Notes under the pieces: model-generated
The model's input: only the letters and a program-made list of their open reading frames with translations
What the model was told of the DNA's origin: nothing
Databases searched by the model: none
Assembly (NCBI GenBank): GCA_016198415.1
Contig: JACQIO010000016.1
Coordinates: 6,084-70,083, forward strand
Length of the DNA stretch: 64,000 nt
Source of the DNA: Candidatus Berkelbacteria bacterium
GTDB lineage: Bacteria; Patescibacteriota; UBA1384; JACPKC01
Direction: 5' to 3'
Shown here: piece by piece, positions 55,511 through 64,000 of the stretch
Position numbering within the stretch: position 1 is the first letter of the stretch
Layout of the letters: each line of letters starts with the position of its first letter
Program-made: the position numbers and the translations under genes

Positions 55511-56722
55511 CTACTTGAGCTTCCGGCGGATGAAGGCCGGGACCTCGAGCTCGTCGTCTTCAACGTGGGGCGAGAGGTCAGCTGGATCGGCTGGACCGGC
55601 TTGCGGGGTGGACTGAGGCTGTGGCTGATACTGGGGATAACTTGGTTGCGGTTGCTCACGGCTGGGGAACCCAAAGCCGCGGCCGGTCAGCGCGCCCAGG
55701 CGGTTGCTCGGCTTGGTGGCCTGGGGCATCGGCTCTGAGGTGGCCTGGGGCTTGGCACCCTGGCGATCTCGAATCTCGTCAAAGCCGGTCGCGATGACCG
55801 TGATCTTCACCTCGCCCGCCATCGCCTCATCAATGATTGAGCCAAAGATAATGTTGGCATCGGTATCGGCAGCTTCGGTGATGGTCTTGGCGGCCTCGTC
55901 GATCTCGTACATCGCCAGGTCCGGTCCACCGGTGATGTTGAAGAGGATCCCCTTGGCGCCCTCAATCGAGAGCTCCAGGAGCGGTGAGTCGATCGCAGCT
56001 CGAGCGGCCTCGACAGCGCGGTTGTCGCCGGTCCCGTACCCAATGCCCATGAGTGCACTGCCAGCATCGGCCATGATGGTCCGGACGTCGGCAAAATCGA
56101 CGTTGATGATGCCGTGGAGCGTGATGAGGTCGGAGATGCCCTGGACGCCCTGGCGGAGGACGTCGTCCACAATCCCAAAGGCATCCATGAGTGAGGTCTT
56201 CTTATCAATGATCTGGAGGAGGCGGTCGTTGGGGATGACGATGAGGGTGTCCACCTTGTCCTTGAGTTCCTGGATCCCCAGCTCGGCCACCTTCTTGCGT
56301 CGAGCCCCTTCAAACGTGAATGGCTTGGTGACCACGCCAACCGTCAGCGCCCCGAGCTCCTTGGCAATCTGGGCCACGAGCGGCGCGGCGCCGGTCCCAG
56401 TGCCACCACCCATGCCACAGGTGGCAAAGACCATGTCGGCACCCTTGAGGACCTCATAGATCTCGTCCTTGTTCTCCTCAGCGGACTTGCGGCCAACTTC
56501 AACATCGGCCCCGGCGCCAAGGCCACCCGTCGTTTCCTTCCCAATCTGGACCTTCGTGGGTGCCTTGTTGTCTAAGAGGGCCTGCGAGTCGGTGTTGATG
56601 GCAATGAACTCAATGCCCTTCACCTTCGCCTCAATCATGCGATTGATGGCGTTACATCCACCACCACCACAGCCAGCGACTTTGATGATGGCAAACGACT
56701 CGATTTCGCTACTCTGGCTCAT
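55511..56722 (-). CDS. ftsZ: Cell division protein FtsZ
   Basis: [15 protein letters not shown] and C-terminal VPAFIRR. Confidence 0.98.
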   Translation of the reverse strand: MSQSSEIESFAIIKVAGCGGGGCNAINRMIEAKVKGIEFIAINTDSQALLDNKAPTKVQIGKETTGGLGAGADVEVGRKSAEENKDEIYEVLKGADMVFATCGMGGGTGTGAAPLVAQIAKELGALTVGVVTKPFTFEGARRKKVAELGIQELKDKVDTLIVIPNDRLLQIIDKKTSLMDAFGIVDDVLRQGVQGISDLITLHGIINVDFADVRTIMADAGSALMGIGYGTGDNRAVEAARAAIDSPLLELSIEGAKGILFNITGGPDLAMYEIDEAAKTITEAADTDANIIFGSIIDEAMAGEVKITVIATGFDEIRDRQGAKPQATSEPMPQATKPSNRLGALTGRGFGFPSREQPQPSYPQYQPQPQSTPQAGPADPADLSPHVEDDELEVPAFIRRKLK

Positions 56723-56740
56723 CGAGCGCTCTCCTTATCC

Positions 56741-57982
56741 TTATGGAAGTAGTTGTTTGAAGAAATCCCGAGCTTTCCCGACCACCCCCTCCACATTGTC
56801 TAAGGAAAAGGATTTCGCGTGTGGTTCATGGGGCGTTTTCCCCTGAAGTCCCCAGAGAACCAAACCAACGCTGGTAGCGTACGTTGGGTCATCCAGCTTG
56901 TCAACGCTGCCTGCAAACTCCGTAATCGGCCGGCCAAGTTTGGCCGGCAGGTGGAGATTCTGCTTGGCCATCTCCACGAGGCCATGAAGCTGGGAACCGC
57001 CCCCGGTGAAGACGGCGCCGGCCGGGAGCGTCCCGTCCTTACCGATCTTGCGGAGCTCGTCGTTGACCATCATGAAGAGCTCGGAGAGGCGGGCCTCAAT
57101 GATCTCAGCAATGTAGCGGAGCTTGGGGCGCTCGAGCTCGCTCGGATCGATGGTGGTCAGGTCGATCGTGTCGATGTCACGGACGTCTTCTTTCAAGGCG
57201 GTGCCGTACTTGATCTTGATCGCCTCTGCTAGATCGATGGAGGTCTTGAGCCCAATCGCAATGTCGTTGGTGATGTGCATCGATCCAACCGGCAGGACCG
57301 CGGCGTGGACCAGATCCCCTTCCTCGTAGACCACCACGCCGGTGGTCCCCGCGCCAATATCAATGAGGACCACCCCGCTCTCACGCTGCCGTTTCGTCAA
57401 GAGCACCTCGGCGGTGGCGAGTGGCGAGAAGACGAGCTGGTCCACCTCCAGCCCGGTCTGATTGACGGCTCGGAGGGCGTTCTTCATGGCTGGTGACGGG
57501 CAGCTGACCACGTGTGCTTCCACCTCCAGGCGAATCCCTGTCATCCCCACTGGATCGACAATCCGATCCTCCGCATCCACCGTGAACCACTTGGGGAGGA
57601 CATGGACAATCTCTCGATTAGCCGGCATCGCAATCGCTCGGGCGGCTTCAATGACGCGGTCAACGTCCTGGGCCGTGATCTCGCCGTCCGGCCGAGAAAC
57701 GGCGATGACGCCTTTGGAGGCGATGCTTTCCACCTGAGCGCCACCCAGTCCAACGATGGCGTTCTTGAGGGGCTGTCCAGCGGTGCGTTCCACCTCCTCA
57801 AGGACGGCTGAGATCGACGAGACCGTTTCCTCCACGTCCACCACCTGTCCGCGCCGGAGTCCGGCGTTCGGCGTCTTGGTCATGGAGAGGATCTCTATGC
57901 CACCCTCGGCATAGTGTCCCGCGCAGGCCGCAATCTTCGTTGTCCCAATGTCGAGTCCCAGCACAATGTTCGATTGGGCCAT
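56741..57982 (-). CDS. ftsA: Cell division protein FtsA
   Basis: LGLDIGTTK, IDIGAGTT and TGGGS; directly upstream of ftsZ. Confidence 0.96.
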   Translation of the reverse strand: MAQSNIVLGLDIGTTKIAACAGHYAEGGIEILSMTKTPNAGLRRGQVVDVEETVSSISAVLEEVERTAGQPLKNAIVGLGGAQVESIASKGVIAVSRPDGEITAQDVDRVIEAARAIAMPANREIVHVLPKWFTVDAEDRIVDPVGMTGIRLEVEAHVVSCPSPAMKNALRAVNQTGLEVDQLVFSPLATAEVLLTKRQRESGVVLIDIGAGTTGVVVYEEGDLVHAAVLPVGSMHITNDIAIGLKTSIDLAEAIKIKYGTALKEDVRDIDTIDLTTIDPSELERPKLRYIAEIIEARLSELFMMVNDELRKIGKDGTLPAGAVFTGGGSQLHGLVEMAKQNLHLPAKLGRPITEFAGSVDKLDDPTYATSVGLVLWGLQGKTPHEPHAKSFSLDNVEGVVGKARDFFKQLLP

Positions 57983-58144
57983 GGGTGCCAACTCCTCTTC
58001 TGGAATGCGTAGGCTCAGTATACCCAGCGGTTTGAACGAGTGACAAGTTTTCTGCGGTGAGTCGCTCGGGTGTGGAAAACTTTCTCTCCTGAGCGAGGTG
58101 CTATAGTATGTCTTAAGTAGTTCAACGGTGCGAGGAGGTCATGA

Positions 58145-58348
58145 ATGGAAGATCCACTCCAGAGTCCTCAAGCGGTGCCAGCGAGTTCGCCAGTCCCAGC
58201 CGATCCAGCCATGCCGGCTGATCAGCCATTGCCGGCGGCCCCGCCTCCCGCCATGCCGGAAGAGCCAGCTCCGGCGCTGCCGGCCGATCCAGCCGGTCCT
58301 ATGCCAATGCCGGACCCACTGCCTGGCCAGGGCGACCAAGCGGCGTAG
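58145..58348 (+). CDS. Small Pro/Ala-rich protein
   Basis: SD GAGGAGG; terminator hairpin ACGAGTGGCCCGG/CCGGGCCACTCGT downstream. Confidence 0.55.
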   Translation: MEDPLQSPQAVPASSPVPADPAMPADQPLPAAPPPAMPEEPAPALPADPAGPMPMPDPLPGQGDQAA

Positions 58349-58489
58349 TTGCACGTTCGTTGAAGGTATGACCACGAGTGGCCCGGTTTCACCGGGCCAC
58401 TCGTCTTGTGGATAGATATCGAACGGTCGTGATCTGTCTGTGATACAATCAACAAAAGTAACCATCGTACTCGTACAAAGGAGGGGCAG

Positions 58490-59122
58490 ATGGATCCACG
58501 GAAAGTCACGTTGCTTCGCAGCGTGCTCTCACTCGTCGCCGTCGTAGCGCTCGGCGGTGGCGTCACCTACGCGTTGTTTACCAGTAACCAGGTGACGGTG
58601 TCACAGACCCAGGTCACCACGGGAAGCGCAGATCTGAAGATCTGCAACTCCCTGAACTCAACGCCGGCTGGATCGAATACCTGGAAGACCTCGGTCTCAC
58701 CACTGATCAACTTTGATGGAATCAGCCCGGGTGACTCCGATGTCGATATCTCGACTGGCGTCTCAATCTACGTTGGAAACGACGGCGGACAACTGCAAGA
58801 TAATCTGGGGGCTGAGTGCAATTCCTACGATGCGACCGTAACTGCCGGCAGCTCGACCGTCGACATGAAAATGGTTCCAGTCGTGACCGCAACCAGCTGC
58901 CCGAACCTCTCAGGAGATCTCCAGCTACGGTTCGGCTTTGATGGTACGTTCACAGCGTATAAGACGATCACGAATTGGGGCACGAACACCAGTGCGCTCG
59001 GTCCAACCTTTGCTGTGGACGATGCCAAGCTTCTCGCCATGCAGGCCAAGCTTGCCAACGGAGTCACCCTCCAAGACGAGAACTGCACCTTCGACGTCAA
59101 CTTCACGGGCGAACAGGTCTAA
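58490..59122 (+). CDS. TasA/camelysin-like protein with a SipW-cognate signal peptide
   Basis: GGGVTYALFTSNQVTVSQTQVTTGSADL; adjacent to a SipW-type peptidase. Confidence 0.75.
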   Translation: MDPRKVTLLRSVLSLVAVVALGGGVTYALFTSNQVTVSQTQVTTGSADLKICNSLNSTPAGSNTWKTSVSPLINFDGISPGDSDVDISTGVSIYVGNDGGQLQDNLGAECNSYDATVTAGSSTVDMKMVPVVTATSCPNLSGDLQLRFGFDGTFTAYKTITNWGTNTSALGPTFAVDDAKLLAMQAKLANGVTLQDENCTFDVNFTGEQV

Positions 59123-59179
59123 CTCACCCTAGGTAGAGTCCCGATTCTCGATCGGGACTCTCTCCTGTGGTGAGGTGCG

Positions 59180-59716
59180 ATGCGTATACTTGGATCCATC
59201 GTCAGTAGTCTGAGCTGGGTGATCCTCGGGATCGCGCTGCTCGTTGCCCTCTCCGGCCTCCCGATCCTGCCCGGTGGCTACCGCACGATGGCGGTAGTGA
59301 GCGGTTCGATGGAGCCAGCCCTAGCTGTTGGGAGTCTGGTGCTGACACAACAAATGCCTGATCCTAGTCTTCTCAAGATCGGCGATGTGATTAGCTTCCA
59401 GCAACCTGGGGCACCCGATCGGATCATTACTCACCGGATCGCAAGCATCGAGACGGTTGGGGCTACCCAGTTCTTTCGCACTCAAGGCGACGCCAATCCC
59501 ACGCTCGATTCGTGGAAAGTGAGCTATGGCCAGATTGTTGGCAAGGTCGTCCGCGACGCTCCCAGTCTTGGGTCTCTCATGCAGGCGCTTCGTACGCCCT
59601 GGGCAGTTGCAACCTTTGTCTGGATCCCAGTTCTCGCTCTTGCCTTCCACGAGCTCTACAAGATTCACACAATTCTCATGGAGCTCCAGCTGGAACATCG
59701 ACGGAGTCTCGCATGA
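59180..59716 (+). CDS. sipW: Signal peptidase I, SipW (ER-type) family
   Basis: VVSGSMEP, GDVISF, ITHRI and TQGDAN..D. Confidence 0.85.
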   Translation: MRILGSIVSSLSWVILGIALLVALSGLPILPGGYRTMAVVSGSMEPALAVGSLVLTQQMPDPSLLKIGDVISFQQPGAPDRIITHRIASIETVGATQFFRTQGDANPTLDSWKVSYGQIVGKVVRDAPSLGSLMQALRTPWAVATFVWIPVLALAFHELYKIHTILMELQLEHRRSLA

Positions 59717-60933
59717 CACTGCGGGGTCGGGCGTTATTGATTGGTGCTGCAAGCTTTGCTCTGACGGTCGTGGCAGGACACGCGATCGCTGCCTTTCTCG
59801 GTAACACCGTTATCATCACCGGTATTTCCATTACGACGTCAGGCGGTCCACTGATCTTCGCGGCTCGGCTCTTACCGACTGCCGATACCAAGCTTGTCGA
59901 GAGCGGACCAGATGATAACTTTGGTGCGGCGGACAATCTGTACGTCAGCTCAAAGGTTGGACGCAATGAACGGTCGTTGTTCCGGTTCGATCTGAGTGTC
60001 TTGCCGGCCAGTGCCAGTCTCCAAGCCTGTTCCCTCAATCTCTGGCTTGATGGTGCGCCGGGACGCGGGAGTCGCGATCATGCCGCGTACCGATTGAGCG
60101 ATCATGAGATCGACTGGGGTGAGGGCACGCACATCGGGACAGGGGCTGATCCGGGCGAGAGTAGCTGGGACTGGTTTGCCCAGCCGAACGCCTGGACCAC
60201 GCCGGGTGGTGATCTGGCAGCCACACCAACCGATACCATCGCGACCGGTGAGGAGAGCAACGTCTGGAGGGCCTGGAATGTCTTGCCGGACTGCGATCAG
60301 CTCCAAGAGCGGTCGTGGCTCGTGCGCGACACGGTCGAGGACGCGAGCGACACCCACCGCGCTCGGTACAAGTCCAAGGAAGAGACCCTCACGGAAGAGG
60401 ATCCCTATCTGGCCGTCTCGTTCAGCGCCGATCCGGCAACCACCGCCCACGTGGTGATCAACGAGGCCTTCTACGACGTCAGTTCGGGGCAGGGATCGGA
60501 GGGTGACAACGAGTGGGTTGAGCTCTACAACCCAACCGCTACCCCAATCGATCTAGCGGGTTGGCGGCTCTGCGACAGTCAGTCCTGTGTGATGGTTCCG
60601 GCGGGCACGATCATTCCCGCGACTGAGTTTCTCGTGGCAACGCCCAACGCCTCAACGTTCGATTACTGGACCGTCCCGGCCAACCGGCAACTCGTCTTAG
60701 GCGTGGATGAGATTGGGAATGGTTTGAGTAACGGCAGTGACGCGGTACTGCTGAAGGATGCGAGTAGTGTCTTGGTTGATGCGATGAGCTACGGAGGCAA
60801 CACGAGTGCGTTCAGTCCGTCGGTACCCGGCGTCGACCCAGGCTGGTCACTCCCCCGTCTCATGCCTGGTCACGATACTGACCAGGCCACTGACTTCTGG
60901 CCGAATCCCGATCCAACTCCTGGCACGTTGTAG
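59713..60933 (+). CDS. Secreted DNRLRE-like plus lamin-tail domain protein
   Basis: SipW-type N-terminus (AIAAFLGN); ADTKL..DNFG..RSLFRFDL; VVINE...EWVELYN..PIDLAGW. Confidence 0.75.
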   Translation: MTLRGRALLIGAASFALTVVAGHAIAAFLGNTVIITGISITTSGGPLIFAARLLPTADTKLVESGPDDNFGAADNLYVSSKVGRNERSLFRFDLSVLPASASLQACSLNLWLDGAPGRGSRDHAAYRLSDHEIDWGEGTHIGTGADPGESSWDWFAQPNAWTTPGGDLAATPTDTIATGEESNVWRAWNVLPDCDQLQERSWLVRDTVEDASDTHRARYKSKEETLTEEDPYLAVSFSADPATTAHVVINEAFYDVSSGQGSEGDNEWVELYNPTATPIDLAGWRLCDSQSCVMVPAGTIIPATEFLVATPNASTFDYWTVPANRQLVLGVDEIGNGLSNGSDAVLLKDASSVLVDAMSYGGNTSAFSPSVPGVDPGWSLPRLMPGHDTDQATDFWPNPDPTPGTL

Positions 60934-60952
60934 ATGAAGCTGAGCTCGCCGC

Positions 60953-61690
60953 TTACTGACCAAAGTTGAGATCGATCTTGACCTTCCCGTGTTTGACGTC
61001 GCCAACGTCTTGATCCTCAGTGTCTCGGATATCGTTGTTACCAGCGTTGACGTCCTCGTCAACGTCTTCGTCAAGATCATTGTCAGTGTGCTGCCTGACA
61101 CTGACGTCACGGTCAACATCGACGTTCGTTTGATTGCGTGAGCCGTCGAGCGTGCCAGCGTTCTGAACGCTGATGGAGATATCGTCAGAGACCTTTAAAG
61201 ATTCAACCGGTACTGCTTGGCCGTTGACCGTGACCTCGGTGCTGCGCGCCTCACGGCCGGCTGAGTCCTTGACCTGGATGGAGACGGATGCATCCTCGGT
61301 CATGCCACTCACACTGCTCGCGCTGGCCATTGCCGGTGAATCGATCTGGATGCTCGTGGTGCCGGTTGAGCGATCCAGAGTGCCCGCTGCCGGTGGCGCG
61401 CTGGCCCCGCTTCCCGATGAGGCCTGGGCTTCCACGGAGACATCCACCGTCCGTGACTGATCTAATTCTGCGGTGGTGGTGGTTGCTCCACTGGCCGTCG
61501 GCGTTCCTCCGTTTGGGGTAACCTCAACGGCTTGACCGTTGAGGGTCAAGCTGACGGGCGTCGCCTCGGCTTGCATGCTCGCCACCTGACTGGCCGACCA
61601 GCGCGCACTCATAGCAATCACCGCCAGGGCCAGGAGACCCAGGACCAGCGGCAGTCGCTCAGATGGGATGGTCAGTGATGGGCGTTCCAT
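60953..61690 (-). CDS. Membrane-anchored Ser/Thr/Asp-rich beta-strand protein
   Basis: SD GGAGGT; one TM; alternating V/D/N repeats in the C-terminus. Confidence 0.65.
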   Translation of the reverse strand: MERPSLTIPSERLPLVLGLLALAVIAMSARWSASQVASMQAEATPVSLTLNGQAVEVTPNGGTPTASGATTTTAELDQSRTVDVSVEAQASSGSGASAPPAAGTLDRSTGTTSIQIDSPAMASASSVSGMTEDASVSIQVKDSAGREARSTEVTVNGQAVPVESLKVSDDISISVQNAGTLDGSRNQTNVDVDRDVSVRQHTDNDLDEDVDEDVNAGNNDIRDTEDQDVGDVKHGKVKIDLNFGQ

Positions 61691-61766
61691 TGCCACCTCC
61701 TCGCCCCTTGACGCTCTTACCCTTGCACAGTTTCTCGTGGCGTGCAAGTGGATGGTTTCCAAGGAC

Positions 61767-62306
61767 TCATTTTACGGTCGAGAAGCGTCGAATGGTCTGC
61801 CTGATCTCATCAACAATCCCGTGAATGCAGGGAAGCTCCTGGGCCTCGCCTTCGTTCGCCCAGACGTAGTCAGAGAAGCTCCCCATCTCGAGCTTGACGT
61901 CGCCGCCGGCGTACTCGGCAGCGAACTTGACGAGGATTGCCGGCACGCCGTCGGGGCGGACGTAGGCGACACTATTGAGATACGCCAGCGACCGAGAGAT
62001 CGCAATCCCAGCCTCCTCCATCGCCTCTCGACTCAGAAGATCCTCAATGGCGTTCGGGAAGTCGATCACGCTCCCATTCATTCGGCCGGGGTGTGCCAGA
62101 TCGTAGTCTAGCCACTCAAACTTCCCCCCAATCACGCCGTACTTGCCTGGGTGAACGATCTCTCGATCATGCCGCTTGAGCAGGAGGCAGCGCCCATCGG
62201 AACGCCGGTAGACCACCACGTTGGCCACCACATAGAACAGCTTCTCTGTCTTGGCCTGATCGATCGAAATTGCCTGAGCGGGATGCTGGACTACGGTGTC
62301 TGCCAT
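61767..62306 (-). CDS. NUDIX hydrolase
   Basis: LLLKR, GGKFE and REAMEEAG. Confidence 0.8.
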   Translation of the reverse strand: MADTVVQHPAQAISIDQAKTEKLFYVVANVVVYRRSDGRCLLLKRHDREIVHPGKYGVIGGKFEWLDYDLAHPGRMNGSVIDFPNAIEDLLSREAMEEAGIAISRSLAYLNSVAYVRPDGVPAILVKFAAEYAGGDVKLEMGSFSDYVWANEGEAQELPCIHGIVDEIRQTIRRFSTVK

Positions 62307-62710
62307 CTTCCCTCCTGATCGTGAGCATGTCCAAGGAGATGTCTCAAGCCATGCCCGGCTAGGCCAAGTATCTCAGCTGGTGTGGTCGCACCAAAGTGAC
62401 CAACCTGCCGCCTGGCTTGCTCGAGTGAGATCACGATCGTGCCCAGGTGACTCGGCTGGTCCGATTCTGGCACCACCCTCCCGTGCTCCGTGTCGATCGT
62501 GATCGGGAGACTCAAGACATCCGTCGTTGTATCCTTGCCCCGATGTTGGTGATTCAGCACCCTCATACGTTCATCGGTCGTGAGCAGTATCTCGACCATC
62601 GCCTCACTCGATCCCCACTCATCGAACGTTCGCTGAAGCACTAAGCGCAGCTCCTCGGCTGGGATCGGAGACGGGACGTCCTCAATGAGTTCAACGTGGA
62701 GCGTGGGCAT
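62291..62710 (-). CDS. ybeY: rRNA maturation endoribonuclease YbeY
   Basis: LNHQHRGKDTTTDVLS and HGLRHLLGHAH. Confidence 0.88.
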   Translation of the reverse strand: MPTLHVELIEDVPSPIPAEELRLVLQRTFDEWGSSEAMVEILLTTDERMRVLNHQHRGKDTTTDVLSLPITIDTEHGRVVPESDQPSHLGTIVISLEQARRQVGHFGATTPAEILGLAGHGLRHLLGHAHDQEGRWQTP

Positions 62711-63668
62711 GGCGGGCGTGCTTCACAATTGGCTGGGCTGGGTTGGGATAGGCAATCCGCTGGTGATGCATCGACTGAAGCGTTCGGATGAAGCTTTCCT
62801 TGATGGCGGCCACATCCTCATCGCTGAGATCGGCGAGATCGAGCTGGCGGTCCGCGTGCTTAATCCGAACCGCCTCGTCAACCATCTCAGCGAGCCGGGC
62901 CTTGGTGGGTTGCTTGACTGCTCGGGCCAGCGACTCCACGGCGTCGGCGAGCATAACCAGGGCCGTCTCCTTCCGCATCGGTTTTGGCCCTGGGTAGCGG
63001 AAGTCGCGCTTGTAGACACCTCGACCTCCCTGGAGTTGCTTAGCCTTTTGGTAGAAGAAGTAGACCAACGTGGTCCCGGCGTGTTCGGGGATGAACTGGA
63101 TGACCTCCTTGGGGATCTGGTACTGACGGGCCAGGTCCATGCCGTCAATGATGTGTTTGATGATGATGCCCGCGGATTCTTGGGGGGCGATGCTGGCGTG
63201 AGGGCTCTTCGCCTTCCCCACAAGATTCTCGATAAAGTAGGTGGGATTCTTGACCTTGCCAATATCGTGGTAGTAGCCACCAACTCGGGTCAGGACCGCA
63301 TTCGCGCCAATCTCACGGGCGGCCTCATAGGCTAGATGGGCAACCGCGATGCTGTGATGGTAGGTGCCGGGCGCCTCCTTCTGGAGTCGCGTCAAGAGGG
63401 GGTGAGAAAGGCTCTCGAGCCGAAAGAGTGATCGATAGGTTCTGATGAGATTTTGGACGACGGTCGAGCCGGTCAGGAACATGGCCGCCAAGACGAGTGA
63501 GACAATGAGGGATGACAGGACGAGCACCCCGGACATTCCCAGCACGTCGAGCTGGAGAGACTGCCCAAGGAAGTACCCAGCCAACACCACTAGAGATACT
63601 ACGATCGTGAGAGAAGTAATCAGCAGGGCGGCGTATCCGGTTGGTCCAAGGGAGCGCACAGGATCCAC
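62691..63668 (-). CDS. Membrane HDIG/HD phosphohydrolase (YqfF/PgpH-like, short form)
   Basis: APGTYHHS, YYHDIGK, FRYPGPKP and MLADAVE. Confidence 0.85.
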   Translation of the reverse strand: MDPVRSLGPTGYAALLITSLTIVVSLVVLAGYFLGQSLQLDVLGMSGVLVLSSLIVSLVLAAMFLTGSTVVQNLIRTYRSLFRLESLSHPLLTRLQKEAPGTYHHSIAVAHLAYEAAREIGANAVLTRVGGYYHDIGKVKNPTYFIENLVGKAKSPHASIAPQESAGIIIKHIIDGMDLARQYQIPKEVIQFIPEHAGTTLVYFFYQKAKQLQGGRGVYKRDFRYPGPKPMRKETALVMLADAVESLARAVKQPTKARLAEMVDEAVRIKHADRQLDLADLSDEDVAAIKESFIRTLQSMHHQRIAYPNPAQPIVKHARHAHAPR

Positions 63669-63675
63669 TCTCTGG

Positions 63676-63999
63676 TTAGCGTGAGAGCTGTTGCTTGACC
63701 AGGGCCGAGACGCGCCTACCGTCCGCTTTACCCCTCACCTCGGCCATGACGGCCCCAATCACTCTACCCATGTCTGCCATGGTGGTTGCGTCGGCCTGAC
63801 CGATGGCTGTCTGGACCAGCGTCTGGAGCTCTTCATCGCTCAGCTGGGCTGGCAAGTATCGTTGCAGGATCTCGGCCTCATGGGCCTCTTTGTCAGCCAG
63901 CTCGTCCCGCTTGGCAGCGCGGTACTGGTCGATTGAGTCCTGACGCTGCTTGACCTCTTTTTGGAGGACCGGGATGACCTCGCTGTCAGTCAGGGGGTG
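63676..63999 (-). CDS. yqeY: GatB/YqeY domain protein, C-terminal part (truncated by window edge)
   Basis: Reads ...AEILQRYLPAQL...DMGRVIGAVMAEVRGKADGRRVSALVKQQLSR*. Confidence 0.85.
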   Translation of the reverse strand, partial: HPLTDSEVIPVLQKEVKQRQDSIDQYRAAKRDELADKEAHEAEILQRYLPAQLSDEELQTLVQTAIGQADATTMADMGRVIGAVMAEVRGKADGRRVSALVKQQLSR

Positions 64000-64000
64000 G

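Noticed and set aside
58071-58079. DnaA-box-like TGTGGAAAA as a sign of oriC
   Set aside because: A single imperfect box; gene orientation points to a terminus region rather than an origin
1-64000. CRISPR array or cas genes
   Set aside because: No regularly spaced 23-47-bp direct repeats with unique spacers, and no Cas-like ORFs

Overview
High-GC bacterial chromosome segment. Gene content (tandem TraD/TrwB-like ATPases, RAYT, four-helix-bundle gene, many secreted hypotheticals) suggests Patescibacteria (CPR); this is inferred. Genes run almost all on + up to 27363 and mostly on - from 27704, converging on a dif-like 11-6-11 site at 27558-27585, so the window probably spans the replication terminus. 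Housekeeping genes include recR, cysS, prfB, ybaB, pth, rplA, tmk, rplJ, rplL, tgt, secDF, gmk, rmuC, a UvrD-nuclease fusion, pcm, trxA, nrdJ/nrdR, ftsAZ, ybeY and yqeY. Main unusual items: (1) three promoter-driven, ORF-less, highly structured RNAs of about 580-730 nt, two of which share a C-rich stem-loop; (2) heptamer-periodic inverted-repeat elements, one enclosing a four-helix-bundle (IVS/Avd-like) gene, several empty, and some inserted in frame into cysS and tgt; (3) a secreted-protein operon in which a 41-aa Q/N/G-rich motif is shared by the C-terminus of one protein and the N-terminus of a sortase-signal protein; (4) three atypical tRNA-like genes; (5) a loopless 42-bp palindrome; (6) a tasA/sipW-like operon; (7) a recurring leaderless TANNNT-N6-ATG architecture. 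All structures and identities were read by eye; no searches or folding were run.
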